Shown one piece after another: positions 13,490-24,816 of a stretch of 64,000 nt of DNA. The first letter of the stretch is position 1, and every line of letters starts with the position of its first letter. Source of the stretch: an uncultured Methanomicrobiales archaeon. GTDB taxonomy: Archaea > Halobacteriota > Methanomicrobia > Methanomicrobiales > Methanospirillaceae. The notes under the pieces were generated by a model. That model ran no database searches. It saw only the letters and a list, made by a program, of their open reading frames with translations, and was not told the origin of the DNA. A program made the position numbers and the translations under genes. The stretch lies in NCBI GenBank assembly GCA_963758915.1, contig CAVWXH010000008.1, positions 9,962 to 73,961 on the forward strand, in the 5' to 3' direction.

Positions 13490-15732
13490 GGGTGCCTCGA
13501 TAATTCGTATATTTTTTTTGCCCGTTTCTCACCGATCCCGGGGACTTCAGATAACGCTTTTTTATCTGCGTTGACAATACCCTGCACTGATCCAAAGTGA
13601 TCCAAAAGCAGCCTCGCATTTTTCAGCCCGATTTCCGGGAAAGCACCGATAATACTCTCCTGTTGCTCCATGTGCGAATGGTATGGTTTCCGGATGGACG
13701 GGGCACGTTCTCCACGTTCCTCGAACTCCCGTCTGGCAATAACCTGGAGCATTGCCGCCGTATCGGCCCCGTCTTTCGTCGTGAACAATGTCACCCCGAG
13801 GTCGATTGCAATCGCTGAAAGAGTCCCCCGGATTGCATTCGGGTGGATATTTCTCTCCTGGTAGAGGTCATCACCCTCAATCACCAGTACAGGTCGGATA
13901 CAGGAGGTTGCGAGTGACCGCAGCTGCCCGAGAAGATCGCGGTTTACAAGGGTATCAGCAAAGTCCCTTGTCGTCTTCCGTTCGACTATTATCCGGTCTC
14001 CTATCGCATAATCACCGATGGGTAATCTCTGGATACTGATTGAGGCCCCCATGGCATGGAGGGATTCCACGACCTTCGATGAAGTCTCCCGGTCATCGAC
14101 AACAATTGACGGGCCCGACCCGGCAGGGGTAACTGCGGTAAACTCTTCGATACTCATCTGGGTTGCTTTACTATCACCGGGAAAGGATTGCGGCATGCCA
14201 TTGCCGATCTGCCGTATCCCCTTGGCCATTGCCCGTTCCCGAGACTGGCTCACGTACCGGAAGGTCTCGTCCTGGGTCCCTTTTGTTACAAGGACTATAA
14301 TTTTACCATGACCACTTCTGCCTGTCCTGCCTTTCCGCTGGATACTGCGGATTTCTGATGGTACCGCCTCGTAAAACACGACAAGGTCCGTGGAAGGGAC
14401 ATCAAGCCCTTCCTCCCCGACCGAAGTGGCAACAAGTACGCGGAACTCTCCTGACCTGAACCTCCGGAGTGCATCGATCTGCTTTTTCTGGCTCAGTCCT
14501 TTCTCTGCATCCTTTGTTGCCTGCCCGACAAAGCGTTCACACGGGATACCCTGCGAGGTCAGCCGGTCAACTATCAGCTGGACAGCATCGCGGTAGGTCG
14601 CAAATACGATGATCCTGCTGTCCGTGGAACTCCTGAGCTCTGATTTTATTATTGCTTCAACAATGCCGAGTTTTGGGTGGAGCTCGCCTTCCCACCCGGC
14701 CACCCTGTCCATGAGGCCTGTGAAAACCGGGTCCTGCGCAAGCCGGCGACTCGCTTTTGAACCGGATGGAGATGTTGCTTCTGCGGCAAGGCGGGATAGG
14801 TAGGTCTTTAAAACCTCGCTCCCCTGTGACTCGGCAAGTCCCACCGCGTGTTTCAGCTTCATGATCTCAGCATAGACCGAGGCTGCTGCAAACCCGGCAG
14901 GTTCCCGCTGCAGGATTTTTTCCTGCACCTGTGCATTGATTGCATTGAGGGCTTTCATCGAGAGCTGCTGTCGTTTCGGAACAGAAAATCCCGAACCGGC
15001 AAGGAGTTTCAACCTGTCGTCGAGCAGCCTGTTAAGGTGGTCAAGAGCCTTCTCCAGTTCCGGGGGCAGTGAAACGCTGATGATTTCGATATCACGCTCA
15101 TGGATGTAAGGCCGTACATCGGGATCATCCTCGCTCCGTGTCTCTACCTGCTCGATCCCGACATTTGCACAGACCTCTCTTACCTTTTCCTGCTGGCCGC
15201 CTGGTGATGCAGTCATGGCAAGAATTCTCGGGTTTTTTGCCTGGATACGGTACTGCTCTGCAAGGAACACGTAGGCATAGTTACCAACAGCCCGGTGACA
15301 TTCGTCAATAATCATCAGGGTAACATCTGCCAGGGAATAACGGCCAGCGAGAATATCGTTTTTTATAACCTGAGGTGTGGCAAAAATAACAGTCGAACGC
15401 TCCCATTCACGGGTGCGTTGTTCACCCGGGGTTTCACCGGTAAACATAACAAAGGGTGGTGTATCACCCTGTTTATCCGGTAAAACAAGCAGTTTTTCAA
15501 AAAATCTCAGGTGTTGTTCGACAAGCGGCTTAGTGGGGGCGAGCATGAGTACCTTCCCACCCTCGTTATACAACCGCGATGCCGCAACAATCAGTGCCAC
15601 GGCTGTCTTCCCAAGGCCTGTCGGGAGGACAAGGAGCGTATTTGCATCTATCGCCCGCATCGCGACGTTTAGTTGATACTCCCTCGACTCAAGGCTATCG
15701 GGTCGTATCAGCGGGTGGTTGATGCAGGTCAT
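13480..15732 (-). CDS. hef: Hef helicase/ERCC4 nuclease
   Basis: LPTGLGKT, DECH, QRKGRTGR; C-terminal GDY..ERKTTRD and HhH. Confidence 0.93.
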   Translation of the reverse strand: MTCINHPLIRPDSLESREYQLNVAMRAIDANTLLVLPTGLGKTAVALIVAASRLYNEGGKVLMLAPTKPLVEQHLRFFEKLLVLPDKQGDTPPFVMFTGETPGEQRTREWERSTVIFATPQVIKNDILAGRYSLADVTLMIIDECHRAVGNYAYVFLAEQYRIQAKNPRILAMTASPGGQQEKVREVCANVGIEQVETRSEDDPDVRPYIHERDIEIISVSLPPELEKALDHLNRLLDDRLKLLAGSGFSVPKRQQLSMKALNAINAQVQEKILQREPAGFAAASVYAEIMKLKHAVGLAESQGSEVLKTYLSRLAAEATSPSGSKASRRLAQDPVFTGLMDRVAGWEGELHPKLGIVEAIIKSELRSSTDSRIIVFATYRDAVQLIVDRLTSQGIPCERFVGQATKDAEKGLSQKKQIDALRRFRSGEFRVLVATSVGEEGLDVPSTDLVVFYEAVPSEIRSIQRKGRTGRSGHGKIIVLVTKGTQDETFRYVSQSRERAMAKGIRQIGNGMPQSFPGDSKATQMSIEEFTAVTPAGSGPSIVVDDRETSSKVVESLHAMGASISIQRLPIGDYAIGDRIIVERKTTRDFADTLVNRDLLGQLRSLATSCIRPVLVIEGDDLYQERNIHPNAIRGTLSAIAIDLGVTLFTTKDGADTAAMLQVIARREFEERGERAPSIRKPYHSHMEQQESIIGAFPEIGLKNARLLLDHFGSVQGIVNADKKALSEVPGIGEKRAKKIYELSRHPYG

Positions 15733-17450
15733 GGACAGATTGTGGAGAAAGTTCCCTTTCCTTCGATTAGGTCGTTGATCATGCCAGGTACACGATCGAT
15801 CGGCACTCTCATTTGTTTCATGGTGTCCCGGTCACGGATTGTCACGGTCTGGTCCTCTTTGGTATCATAATCGATGGTGATGCAGAAGGGCGTGCCTATT
15901 TCGTCCTGTCTCCGGTACCGGCGCCCTATTGCCCCGGAATCATCGTATTCGGCGAGGATATGGGCCTCATGAAATCTACGGGTAAGCTGGCTGGCGATCG
16001 TGTCAAGCCCGTCACGGTTCATTAAGGGAAAGACTGCTACCTGGACGGGTGCAACGAGGGGCGGGAGGCGGAGTACACGGCGCTCTTCCCCGTCAACTAT
16101 TTCTTCGTCATAACTCTGCTCAAGGACCGCGTAACACATCCGGTCGATACCATATGAAGGTTCTATGACATGTGGCCTGACCTCTTCTCCCGGGAGATCG
16201 ACCTCTTCTTCAATCACCCTGTAGAGGTCCTTTGGGACAAAGAACTCTTCTGATCCGATGGTAACCGTGATCCCGTCAGGGCCGGGAGCCGTTGTTGCAA
16301 GTGCATCAGCAATATCTTTCGCTTTCCCGCGGTACTTCGGGCCGAGGGCTCCCATGTCTGCGACGACTCTCCTCCTTTGCACCCGTTTCGGGGTCTCATA
16401 CTGGATAAAGACGGTAAAGGACTGGCCACTCTGTTTTTCGTGTGCCCGGAGGTCGTAATCTGTACGGTCCGCAATCCCGACGGTTTCCACCCAGCCGAAG
16501 CGTTCAGAGCTGATTTCTGCGTCCCAGCAGTCTTCTGCATAATGGGCAAGTTCGTCAGGCAGGTGCTGCCGGAACCGGAGCCTGTCAGGTTTCACGCCGA
16601 TCCTGACGAGTAACTGGTGGGTCAGTGCGAGGTAATACGCAACATATTCGTTTGCAATAATTCCCTTGTCTACGGCAGATCTCATGGTCATGATCAGGGG
16701 CGCCGAATTTTCCTGCTGCTGCTTCTGCCCGAATAGCGGGACTTCATAGTCAGCATACCGTGCAAAATGCGGGTGGTTTTTTTCTTCGGGATGTACAAAG
16801 ATCTCAGCTTCGGCCTGGGTGAACTCACGGAGCCTGATCATACCCTGTCTCGGGGAGATCTCGTTCCGGTAGGATTTTCCTATCTGTACTGCGCCGAATG
16901 GCAGTTTATCCCGGTAAAAACGGAGCAGCCGCTGGAAGTCTGTGAACATCCCCTGTGCAGTCTCGGGTCTTAAATAGCCTTTCCGCTGCGATCCTGGTCC
17001 AATCGTGGTCTGGAACATCAGGTTGAACGGGAAGACCTCGACCTTCCCGAGTACCTCCTCGCACACCGGGCAGGTGAGTGGGCCCAGTGCTGCAGAAAGT
17101 TGTTCTTCTGACATCGTGGAAGCTCCGGCAATACCCCCTCCCTCGACGACATGGTCGGCTCGCAGGTATTCCCTGCAATGCGGGCACTGGAACATCTTGT
17201 CTGAAAACCCCTTGACGTGCCCTGATGCGATAAAAATGGATTCCTGTCCGATGGTTGGACATTCGATCTCGTAATACCCTTCCTGTATTACGTAAAAAGA
17301 ACGCCATATGTCTTCGATCCGCCGTTTCATCATGGAACCAAGCGGACCATAATCGATGAATCCTGCGACCGCCCCGTAACATTCTGATGTCGGCCATACA
17401 AAACCGCGTCGTTTGGTAAGATCATTTATTTTATCGTATACATCGCTCAT
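15729..17450 (-). CDS. glyS: Glycine--tRNA ligase (alpha2 type)
   Basis: LRPETAQG, RNEISPRQGMIRLREF, HVIEPSYGIDR, GRRYRRQDEIGTPF. Confidence 0.97.
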   Translation of the reverse strand: MSDVYDKINDLTKRRGFVWPTSECYGAVAGFIDYGPLGSMMKRRIEDIWRSFYVIQEGYYEIECPTIGQESIFIASGHVKGFSDKMFQCPHCREYLRADHVVEGGGIAGASTMSEEQLSAALGPLTCPVCEEVLGKVEVFPFNLMFQTTIGPGSQRKGYLRPETAQGMFTDFQRLLRFYRDKLPFGAVQIGKSYRNEISPRQGMIRLREFTQAEAEIFVHPEEKNHPHFARYADYEVPLFGQKQQQENSAPLIMTMRSAVDKGIIANEYVAYYLALTHQLLVRIGVKPDRLRFRQHLPDELAHYAEDCWDAEISSERFGWVETVGIADRTDYDLRAHEKQSGQSFTVFIQYETPKRVQRRRVVADMGALGPKYRGKAKDIADALATTAPGPDGITVTIGSEEFFVPKDLYRVIEEEVDLPGEEVRPHVIEPSYGIDRMCYAVLEQSYDEEIVDGEERRVLRLPPLVAPVQVAVFPLMNRDGLDTIASQLTRRFHEAHILAEYDDSGAIGRRYRRQDEIGTPFCITIDYDTKEDQTVTIRDRDTMKQMRVPIDRVPGMINDLIEGKGTFSTICP

Positions 17451-17723
17451 ATCGACCACTGGTTATCCATCATAATAGAACGCCCGGTATGAAAAAGTTG
17501 TTCAAATCGGAGTATTAACACAGGAAAAATCTCACCAACGCCATACCCCCCGGATTTGCCGGGAAAGCCTTCCCTGAATGCGGGGTTACAGTACAATAAG
17601 GTAAAAAATACCCCTGATGTGTCTTATCTGTCATTAATCATGCTTATAAAATCCGGAAATAAAGATAGTGTTAAATATTAATCCGCGCATCTATTCCGGT
17701 AATCCCTAGTGTGGTTTTCAAAC

Positions 17724-18332
17724 ATGCCGGAAGACAAACGTAAAATTCAGCTTCTGGAATTGTTCACAAACATTACCAGCAAAACAAAGATCGTGGAACC
17801 GATGAAAAAAATCCACGGATCTTTAAGAGACCGTGACGCCGTTGAACGTGAAATCGCCCTTGTTATGCGGGAGATTCTTGATCAGGGCTTCTTTAAGACC
17901 AAACTGAAGCCTATTCAACTCGCCAAGCTCGTCTCTGCCTACTATCTCGGCAAGAACGATACTGAGATCGCCAGAGAACTTGGGGATGAAAAGCTGTCAA
18001 AGACCGTCGCACGAGCACGTGTTCGTCTGAAACTATTCCGCGACCTTGATTTCAAGATGCCATTTGACCGTGAGAAAATGGAACTGCTCATGGAATCAGG
18101 GAAGACGATGAAGGAGATCAGCGAAGAACTCGGGGTAAGCCCGTCCACGCTCCGTGAATACCGCCACGTGATAGACCAGCGGGATGACCATACCATTGAT
18201 CACTACCTTGAGCGTATCAGGGATGTGATGGAGGACCGGGACCTCAGCGAGCAGATGACCCGGAGCGCCACAAAGGATGGTCTCGGCGATTCAATCGATA
18301 TAACAGAAGCAGAATTAATTGATGTAGCCTGA
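17724..18332 (+). CDS. Conserved HTH-containing protein
   Basis: Two HTH-like segments (NDTEIARELG; TMKEISEELGVSPSTL). Confidence 0.75.
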   Translation: MPEDKRKIQLLELFTNITSKTKIVEPMKKIHGSLRDRDAVEREIALVMREILDQGFFKTKLKPIQLAKLVSAYYLGKNDTEIARELGDEKLSKTVARARVRLKLFRDLDFKMPFDREKMELLMESGKTMKEISEELGVSPSTLREYRHVIDQRDDHTIDHYLERIRDVMEDRDLSEQMTRSATKDGLGDSIDITEAELIDVA

Positions 18333-18518
18333 ACAAGACCAGCAGGGATGGATGAATTCCATCCGGTTATTATGAGTGAGGCCACTCATTCATTTTTTAC
18401 CTTTTTAACCAATTTCCGTATCATTGGATGTATCATGGGATTATCCTTTTCTGCCATTCCCCCCGTGTTTCAGGAAGCGTTACGTTTTCATAAGAAGTGT
18501 GAGGATAGTGTACCTGAT

Positions 18519-19175
18519 ATGAAACTCACCTGGCTTGGGCATTCCTGTGTATGGTTATCGGGCACCAAAAACATTATCGTGGACCCTTTTATTGGTGAAG
18601 GGAAGGAAATTACTGCCGATTGTGATATTATCGCGGTCACCCATGGGCATGCCGATCACATGGGTGATACGGTCAGGCTCAGGAAAACAACGGTTGCAAT
18701 TAATGAAATCGCAAAATATCTCGCAATAAAAGGTATCCCTGTTGAAGGGATGAATATCGGGGGGACTATTGAAGTTGATGGCGTCCGGTTCACCATGACC
18801 CCTGCAGTCCATTCCTCGTGGCTCGAGGAAGGTGGTATCGGGTGCAACGGGGGTGCTGCTGCCGGGTACGTCATTACGATGGACGGGAAAAAGGTCTATC
18901 ATGCCGGCGACACGGCACTGTTCTCTGATATGAAACTGATCGGTGACCTTTACCGCCCGGATGTTGCCCTCCTCCCGATCGGGGGGAGGTTCACGATGGG
19001 GCCTGATGAGGCCATGATGGCCGCCCAGTATATCGGGGCCCCCCTGGTCATACCGATCCATTACAATACCTGGCCAAAGATTGTGCAGGACCCGTCAAAA
19101 TTCAAATTTGCCATTGAACGGACGACTGATATGAAGGTCGCCGTCCTTGCACCAGGTGAAACGATCGAGGTGTGA
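18519..19175 (+). CDS. UPF0173 metallo-beta-lactamase-fold hydrolase
   Basis: WLGHS, THGHADH, HAGDT, PIHYNTW. Confidence 0.9.
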   Translation: MKLTWLGHSCVWLSGTKNIIVDPFIGEGKEITADCDIIAVTHGHADHMGDTVRLRKTTVAINEIAKYLAIKGIPVEGMNIGGTIEVDGVRFTMTPAVHSSWLEEGGIGCNGGAAAGYVITMDGKKVYHAGDTALFSDMKLIGDLYRPDVALLPIGGRFTMGPDEAMMAAQYIGAPLVIPIHYNTWPKIVQDPSKFKFAIERTTDMKVAVLAPGETIEV

Positions 19176-19291
19176 AAATAGGGGCCAGTGTTTTTCAAAA
19201 TTTATATTCCGGTTTAATATAAGGTATAAACAGTTCATCACTGTGATTTATTGCATTTAAGCCAGGAATGGTTCTAATTAATTCAAAATTT

Positions 19292-19550
19292 GGCTTTGTT
19301 GAAACCCTTAGGTGATATAAAAAAATAAGAGGGAAATACGAAGACAGGAGGGGGTTTCACCCCCCCTGCCCCACCCCCATTAAGATATTCTTCGGGCAGG
19401 GTTTTGGCGAAGGCTCATTAAATTCAGAGTATTGGGGGATATCTCTATCCCAACCGGGGCGCCACAGCGGCGGGGCGGAGCCCCGAGAGCGTAGATAAAT
19501 TTCAGAATAATCAGGATTCCGGATGCCGAATATAGCTTTTCAACAAAGCC
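19292..19550 (+). mobile_element. MITE-like repeat, copy 2 (most intact)
   Basis: Perfect 13-bp TIRs GGCTTTGTTGAAA/TTTCAACAAAGCC, flanked by 8-bp direct repeat CAAAATTT (19284-19291, 19551-19558). Confidence 0.92.
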
Positions 19551-19648
19551 CAAAATTTATCTGATTGGGCAAGTACTATTCAATAATTATGCTGAAAAAG
19601 AAGCAAAAAGAGATTATTGGATCCCAAACTGAATAATTAGAATGTCAG

Positions 19649-20830
19649 TTAGAAATCTGTCATAACCCTGAACTGGTCGATCTCTTCCCTGTTCAGGTTT
19701 TCCAGGAATATTTCAGCCGCGGAACGGATATCCTTGGACGCAGTGATTGCCCTGCCGACCACGAGGATGTCTGCCCCTGACTTCAGTGCATCCTTCACGA
19801 CCTCTGCCCGGATACCGCCTGCCGTTGCGACGAGAAGTTTCCCACCTGCTGCCTTCTTCAGGGCGGCAATATTACCCCAGGCGTGCTTGGTCTCCTCTGC
19901 ATCAATTGCCCTGTGGAGCTCAACAATATCCGGCTTCACGGACAGCCCTGCAATCAGCTTGACCGGATCTGCAACGTTCAACATGTCCACGATGGAATAG
20001 ATGCCGGTCTTCTTAGCCTCAACGATTGCCTTCTCAAGCGTTGAAACAGGTGCAAGCCCCGAAATTACGACGGCGTCTGCGGATGCATCGGCAGCCATCC
20101 GGGCCTCCAGGTTTCCTGTGTCAAGGATTTTTAAGTCTGCAATGATGAACGCATTTGGCCTGATCTTCCTCATATCAGAGATCACGTTCAGGCCGAACTT
20201 CTTAATCAGGGGAGTACCTGCCTCAATGATAAGGTGGTCGTTGGCCGGGAGTTCGGTGAGTACCTGGGTAACTTTGTTCATATCGACAAGATCAAGAGCG
20301 ACCTGCAGGTAGGGGGGGTCCCAGAGGCGCTGGACCTTGAACCCCATCACGGCATGTGCGGCACGGTCTTTCTCATAAATGAGGGTTTTTTTGTCTGGGA
20401 ACGCGTCCATTGCCCTGCTGATGGCCAGTTTCGTAGCCCCGTAGTTGTAACGGTAAATCTTATTGTAATCAGCTGCTGCCGGGTCAAGGTAGACACTTGC
20501 AAGGATCACGATCTTTTCTATATCCTGGTCCTTGAATGACCCCTCCTCAACCGAATCTGCAACGGCTTTTGCAACCGCTGCCTGCACCGGCCCGAACATC
20601 TCATGGACCTGGGCTTCCTTCTTCATCGTGACTTTGGGGATCACGAGTGTGACAGGTTTTGTCAGCAGGTTTGGTCGTATGACTGCAAGTAACGGGGTAT
20701 GCCCGGATGAAAGTTGCGAGAGTGCATTGGCAAATGCGGACCCGACCGCCCCTTCCTTATCTCCGATCATCAGGTCGATATGGGCGAGCTCCGGCCCGTC
20801 CCCGACGAGTGCTTCTCCAATAAGATACAT
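19649..20830 (-). CDS. fae-hps: Bifunctional formaldehyde-activating enzyme/3-hexulose-6-phosphate synthase
   Basis: N-terminal IGEALVGDG..AHIDL Fae domain; LQVALD, EAGTPLIK, ADLKILD HPS domain. Confidence 0.95.
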   Translation of the reverse strand: MYLIGEALVGDGPELAHIDLMIGDKEGAVGSAFANALSQLSSGHTPLLAVIRPNLLTKPVTLVIPKVTMKKEAQVHEMFGPVQAAVAKAVADSVEEGSFKDQDIEKIVILASVYLDPAAADYNKIYRYNYGATKLAISRAMDAFPDKKTLIYEKDRAAHAVMGFKVQRLWDPPYLQVALDLVDMNKVTQVLTELPANDHLIIEAGTPLIKKFGLNVISDMRKIRPNAFIIADLKILDTGNLEARMAADASADAVVISGLAPVSTLEKAIVEAKKTGIYSIVDMLNVADPVKLIAGLSVKPDIVELHRAIDAEETKHAWGNIAALKKAAGGKLLVATAGGIRAEVVKDALKSGADILVVGRAITASKDIRSAAEIFLENLNREEIDQFRVMTDF

Positions 20831-21041
20831 AAAATCCTCAAGTCTCCTGATTACTATGTAGCCCCATTATATGATAAATGTTTTAATTCCCCCGGGATTC
20901 CAAAAAAATGATGATGTACCTGCAATACCGGTGATTGTGATCATAAAAGGGGTTGGGTGCCGTAAAGATCTACGATGAGATTCGGGATGAATTCAAAATC
21001 CATTTGAAATCTCCCTGCTAAATAAACCATTTGCTTAATAT

Positions 21042-21440
21042 TCAGATTAACCCTTTCCTGTCCCTGTCCGCAAATACATCCTTAGCCACGGCCATACCAT
21101 TCAGTGCAGCAGGAAACCCGGCATACACTGCCATCTGGGTGATAATTTCGATTATTTCCTCACGCTTACAACCAATGTTCAGCGCCATGGAAATATGTGC
21201 ATTCAGCTGGACAGGTGCATTACCCAGTGCAGTGAGCGCTGCAACCGTTGCAATTTGTCGTGATTTTAGGTCAAGGCCCGGTCTGCACAGCACGTCACCG
21301 TAAGGAAATTCAACCGTGTAATGGGCGAGATCAGGTGCAATACCCTTCAGGTTGTCCAGCATTGCATCAACCCCCGTGCCGCTCATCGTTTCCAGCTGTT
21401 TCTTTCCTCTTTCAAATCTATCCTGGTCCATCAGTTCCAT
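21042..21440 (-). CDS. Carboxymuconolactone decarboxylase family protein
   Basis: YGDVLCRPGLDLKSRQIATVAALTALG, VYAGFPAALN. Confidence 0.9.
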   Translation of the reverse strand: MELMDQDRFERGKKQLETMSGTGVDAMLDNLKGIAPDLAHYTVEFPYGDVLCRPGLDLKSRQIATVAALTALGNAPVQLNAHISMALNIGCKREEIIEIITQMAVYAGFPAALNGMAVAKDVFADRDRKGLI

Positions 21441-21536
21441 CTCCTGGACAGTATTGTCCCCTTGGTATTATGAAACCGGGTGGCAAAACAACCCGGAAAA
21501 AACTCACCGCTATGAGAGGTGGTGTAACTAAAAATG

Positions 21537-21697
21537 TGGGGTCGGTGAGATTTGAACTCACGATCGACGGGTCTCTCCGACATGCGTCAGTGCTCCAACG
21601 GATCATCACTATTCAGAAGACCCATTGTTCATCATTCGCACAGAAGACGCGAAAGACCGCTGGAGCCCGTCGCCATTCCGGACTAGGCCACGACCCC
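21537..21697 (-). tRNA. trnW: tRNA-Trp(CCA) with ~87-nt intron at 37/38
   Basis: Acceptor GGGGTCG/CGACCCC-A, anticodon loop CT-CCA-G|A, T loop TTCAAAT; exons 21660-21697 and 21537-21572. Confidence 0.95.
21573..21659 (-). ncRNA. tRNA-Trp intron-encoded box C/D guide RNA
   Basis: ATGATGA-guide-CTGA..GTGATGA-guide-CTGA; guides complementary to the host tRNA anticodon arm. Confidence 0.9.
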
Positions 21698-21852
21698 GAT
21701 GATGTAAATTAAATCGCATGTCCGAGATTTAAGTGTTCCCATAAAGAAACATATCTGGGAACTACCATAATTGTCCTTCCTTATGAAAACAGGGGGAATT
21801 ATTATGCGAAATCAGTAATCATATATTCTTTTCTCACGCCATAATCTGATCA

Positions 21853-23553
21853 ATGGTGAAGATCAGTTACGATTGTGGGATCTCTTCATTTCCGTTGATT
21901 GGCGAGACCATCGGGTATATGTTCAACCGGATCGCAAAAGAGCACCCTGATAACGAAGCCCTTGTATCCGTACACCAGGGGATAAGGTGGACATACAGTG
22001 AATTCCATGGGCATGTGGATGACCTGGCAAAGGGACTGATGGCGCTTGGTGTTGAGAAAGGTCACCGGGTAGGGATATGGGCGATGAACTACGCCGAGTG
22101 GGTCCAGGTACAATTTGCAACCGCAAAAATCGGGGCGATTATGGTCAACATCAACCCCGCGTACCGGACATATGAACTCGAGTACGTATTGAAACAGGCA
22201 GAAATACAGACCCTTATCATCCAGGGGCGGTTCAAAACCTCGGATTATGTGGGCATGTTTTACGAGGCCTGCCCGGAAGCCTATGAGTCGCGTCCGGGCC
22301 ACATCAAGAGTGATAAGTTCCAGTTCCTCAAAAATGTTATTTTCATGGGGGATATCCCCTATAACGGGATGTTTGTCTGGGAGGACTGTATCCGGAAAGG
22401 GGAAGAGATCAGTCAGGATGAACTGATCGACCGCGAGGGGTCGCTTGAGTTCGACGATGCCATCAATATCCAGTATACCAGCGGTACCACCGGATTTCCG
22501 AAGGGGGTCGTCCTCAGCCACCACTCGGTACTGAATAACGGGTATATAATCGGGGAAGGAATGGGCTTTACACCTGCAGACCGCCTTTGTATCCCGGTCC
22601 CGTTCTACCACTGTTTTGGCATGGTGCTCTCAAACCTTGCCTGTGTTACGCACGGGTCGACCATGGTAATCCCATCTCCGACATTTAACGCGGAAGAAGT
22701 CCTGAAGGCTGTCCAGAATGAGCGGTGTACGGCGCTTCATGGCGTCCCTACGATGTTCATTGCGGAACTCTCGCACCCGGAATTCCCCCGTTACTCAATG
22801 AGCACCCTCCGTACCGGGATTATGGCCGGTTCTCCCTGTCCTATCGAGGTGATGAAAGAAGTCTCAAAGAAGATGAATATGACCGATATTGTTATCGTAT
22901 ACGGTCAGACAGAGACGTCTCCCGGTGTTACGATGACCACCACAAAAGATCCGATTGAACGGAGGGTATCAACGGTGGGTAAACTGTTCCCCCACACGGA
23001 ATTGAAATTCATCGACCAGAAGACACGGAAAATTGTTCCACGTGGGGAGATCGGGGAGATCTGCGCCCGTGGATATATGACCATGAAATGTTATTACAAC
23101 AACCCGAATGCTACCCATGGCACTCTTGACCATAACGGCTGGAATCATACGGGGGACCTTGGTACAATAGACGATGAGGGGTATGTAAAAATCGTTGGGC
23201 GATTAAAGGATATGGTCATCAGGGGTGGTGAGAATATTTATCCGCGAGAAATCGAGGAGTTCCTCCATCACCATCCAAAAATTGCAGATGTATACGTGAT
23301 AGGTGTCCCTGATGTGAAATATGGTGAAGAACTTATGGCCTGGGTTAAAATCACTCCAGGCCAGGTCCTGTCTGAAGAAGAAATCAAGGACTTCTGCAAG
23401 GGTAAAATTGCCCATTATAAGATCCCCCGGTATATCCGGTTCACTGATGATTTCCCTGTCACCATATCCGGAAAGATCCAGAAATTCAAAATGCGTGAAA
23501 TCTCGGTGAAAGAACTGCATCTCGAAGCTGCTGAAGAGATTAAAACTGCATAG
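21853..23553 (+). CDS. AMP-binding acyl-CoA synthetase
   Basis: [31 protein letters not shown]. Confidence 0.92.
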   Translation: MVKISYDCGISSFPLIGETIGYMFNRIAKEHPDNEALVSVHQGIRWTYSEFHGHVDDLAKGLMALGVEKGHRVGIWAMNYAEWVQVQFATAKIGAIMVNINPAYRTYELEYVLKQAEIQTLIIQGRFKTSDYVGMFYEACPEAYESRPGHIKSDKFQFLKNVIFMGDIPYNGMFVWEDCIRKGEEISQDELIDREGSLEFDDAINIQYTSGTTGFPKGVVLSHHSVLNNGYIIGEGMGFTPADRLCIPVPFYHCFGMVLSNLACVTHGSTMVIPSPTFNAEEVLKAVQNERCTALHGVPTMFIAELSHPEFPRYSMSTLRTGIMAGSPCPIEVMKEVSKKMNMTDIVIVYGQTETSPGVTMTTTKDPIERRVSTVGKLFPHTELKFIDQKTRKIVPRGEIGEICARGYMTMKCYYNNPNATHGTLDHNGWNHTGDLGTIDDEGYVKIVGRLKDMVIRGGENIYPREIEEFLHHHPKIADVYVIGVPDVKYGEELMAWVKITPGQVLSEEEIKDFCKGKIAHYKIPRYIRFTDDFPVTISGKIQKFKMREISVKELHLEAAEEIKTA

Positions 23554-23844
23554 TAACATTTCCAGGTGCCATAATGGTCTGACAAAAGACCCTGAATTTT
23601 TTTAACCGAATATCTTTTCTTGATAGTCCCGTTATTATGCCCTGTATAACCAAGGGATTTCCTGCGGTTTTACCTGTTGCCTGTTCTGGCGGAGGAACGT
23701 AACCATGGGTACCTTTCGTAGTTGAAAAAAAGTCACTGGTTCACCCAACGCCGTGCCTGCCATCTGTCCCACAATGTAAACAAGGGATAGTTCACGAGGG
23801 CGGGTGCCGGAATTCCCAGGTTATCAGCGGTAGTTGCCATAATG

Positions 23845-24816
23845 TTATGCTGGAGCTGTTGCAGGACTACTAACGACAAACGGGTACATACCCTCCTTTG
23901 TAGTCTCAACAGAGAATGTGATGCCATCAGTCCTTACAACAATGCTGCCGTCTGTATCTGTCCGGAATATCAATGCCCCGGTATCTTCCAGGCGGATGAG
24001 GGTATCTTCTGCAGGAAAATTATAGGGGTTTCCTGCTCCCGCAGAGATGATGGCCGCTTCTGGGCGTACCCGTTCGAGGAATGTACGCCCTGTGCCATGA
24101 GGGCTCCCATGGTGAGCCACTTTCAGGACCTGGCTCCCGAGAGGGAGCCCTGAATGTATCATTGATTCCTCTGCTGTGGTGCCTGCGTCTCCTTCGAAGA
24201 GGATATTCACCCGCCCGTATGTAGCCCTGAGCACGATTGAACCCTCGTTGAGGTCCTGGTCAGGCCTCCCGTCCGGGGCGGAGAGGACAAGCAATGTGAG
24301 CCCCGGGACAGGCGTGATCAAATCCCCCCGCCTGACGGTTGAGTACGGGATATTCTTTCGATCAATTGTCCCGAGGAATTTCTGGTACGTGGTAGTTGTG
24401 TGCGGCATGCCGCTGTCAATGACGCTCCCCACATTAAAATTGTTAAGAATATCCTGCATCCCCCCGATATGATCGCTATGCGGGTGGGTGGCGATGAGAA
24501 GGTCAATATCACTGACACCCTGGTCTTTCAGGTAACGAACAATGCCGGGGCCTTCATCAGCCTCACCTGCATCGATCAGGATGGTGGTCCCGTTGTACTG
24601 GATAAGTGAAGAGTCCCCCTGTCCCACATCGAGAAAGTGGACCGTCACCCGACCATCATTCAGCCCGTATGCAGGTGGGATGGTACGGGTCCCCGCATGA
24701 CTTCTGATAGTGTGAACGGTACATCCCGCAAAAACGATGCAGGCCAGCAGGAGAAGGAGAGGGAGGAGGGAGATAACTCTCCTGACCGTTAAAATGCGAG
24801 GCTTGACCGGGCTCAC
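23845..24816 (-). CDS. ComEC/Rec2-like MBL-fold lipoprotein hydrolase
   Basis: Signal peptide with FAGC lipobox; LDVGQGDS, THPHSDH, KVAHHGS. Confidence 0.87.
   Translation of the reverse strand: MSPVKPRILTVRRVISLLPLLLLLACIVFAGCTVHTIRSHAGTRTIPPAYGLNDGRVTVHFLDVGQGDSSLIQYNGTTILIDAGEADEGPGIVRYLKDQGVSDIDLLIATHPHSDHIGGMQDILNNFNVGSVIDSGMPHTTTTYQKFLGTIDRKNIPYSTVRRGDLITPVPGLTLLVLSAPDGRPDQDLNEGSIVLRATYGRVNILFEGDAGTTAEESMIHSGLPLGSQVLKVAHHGSPHGTGRTFLERVRPEAAIISAGAGNPYNFPAEDTLIRLEDTGALIFRTDTDGSIVVRTDGITFSVETTKEGMYPFVVSSPATAPA

Noticed and set aside
20905-20980. Possible box C/D sRNA starting ATGATGA upstream of fae-hps
   Set aside because: No properly spaced CTGA D or D' boxes.
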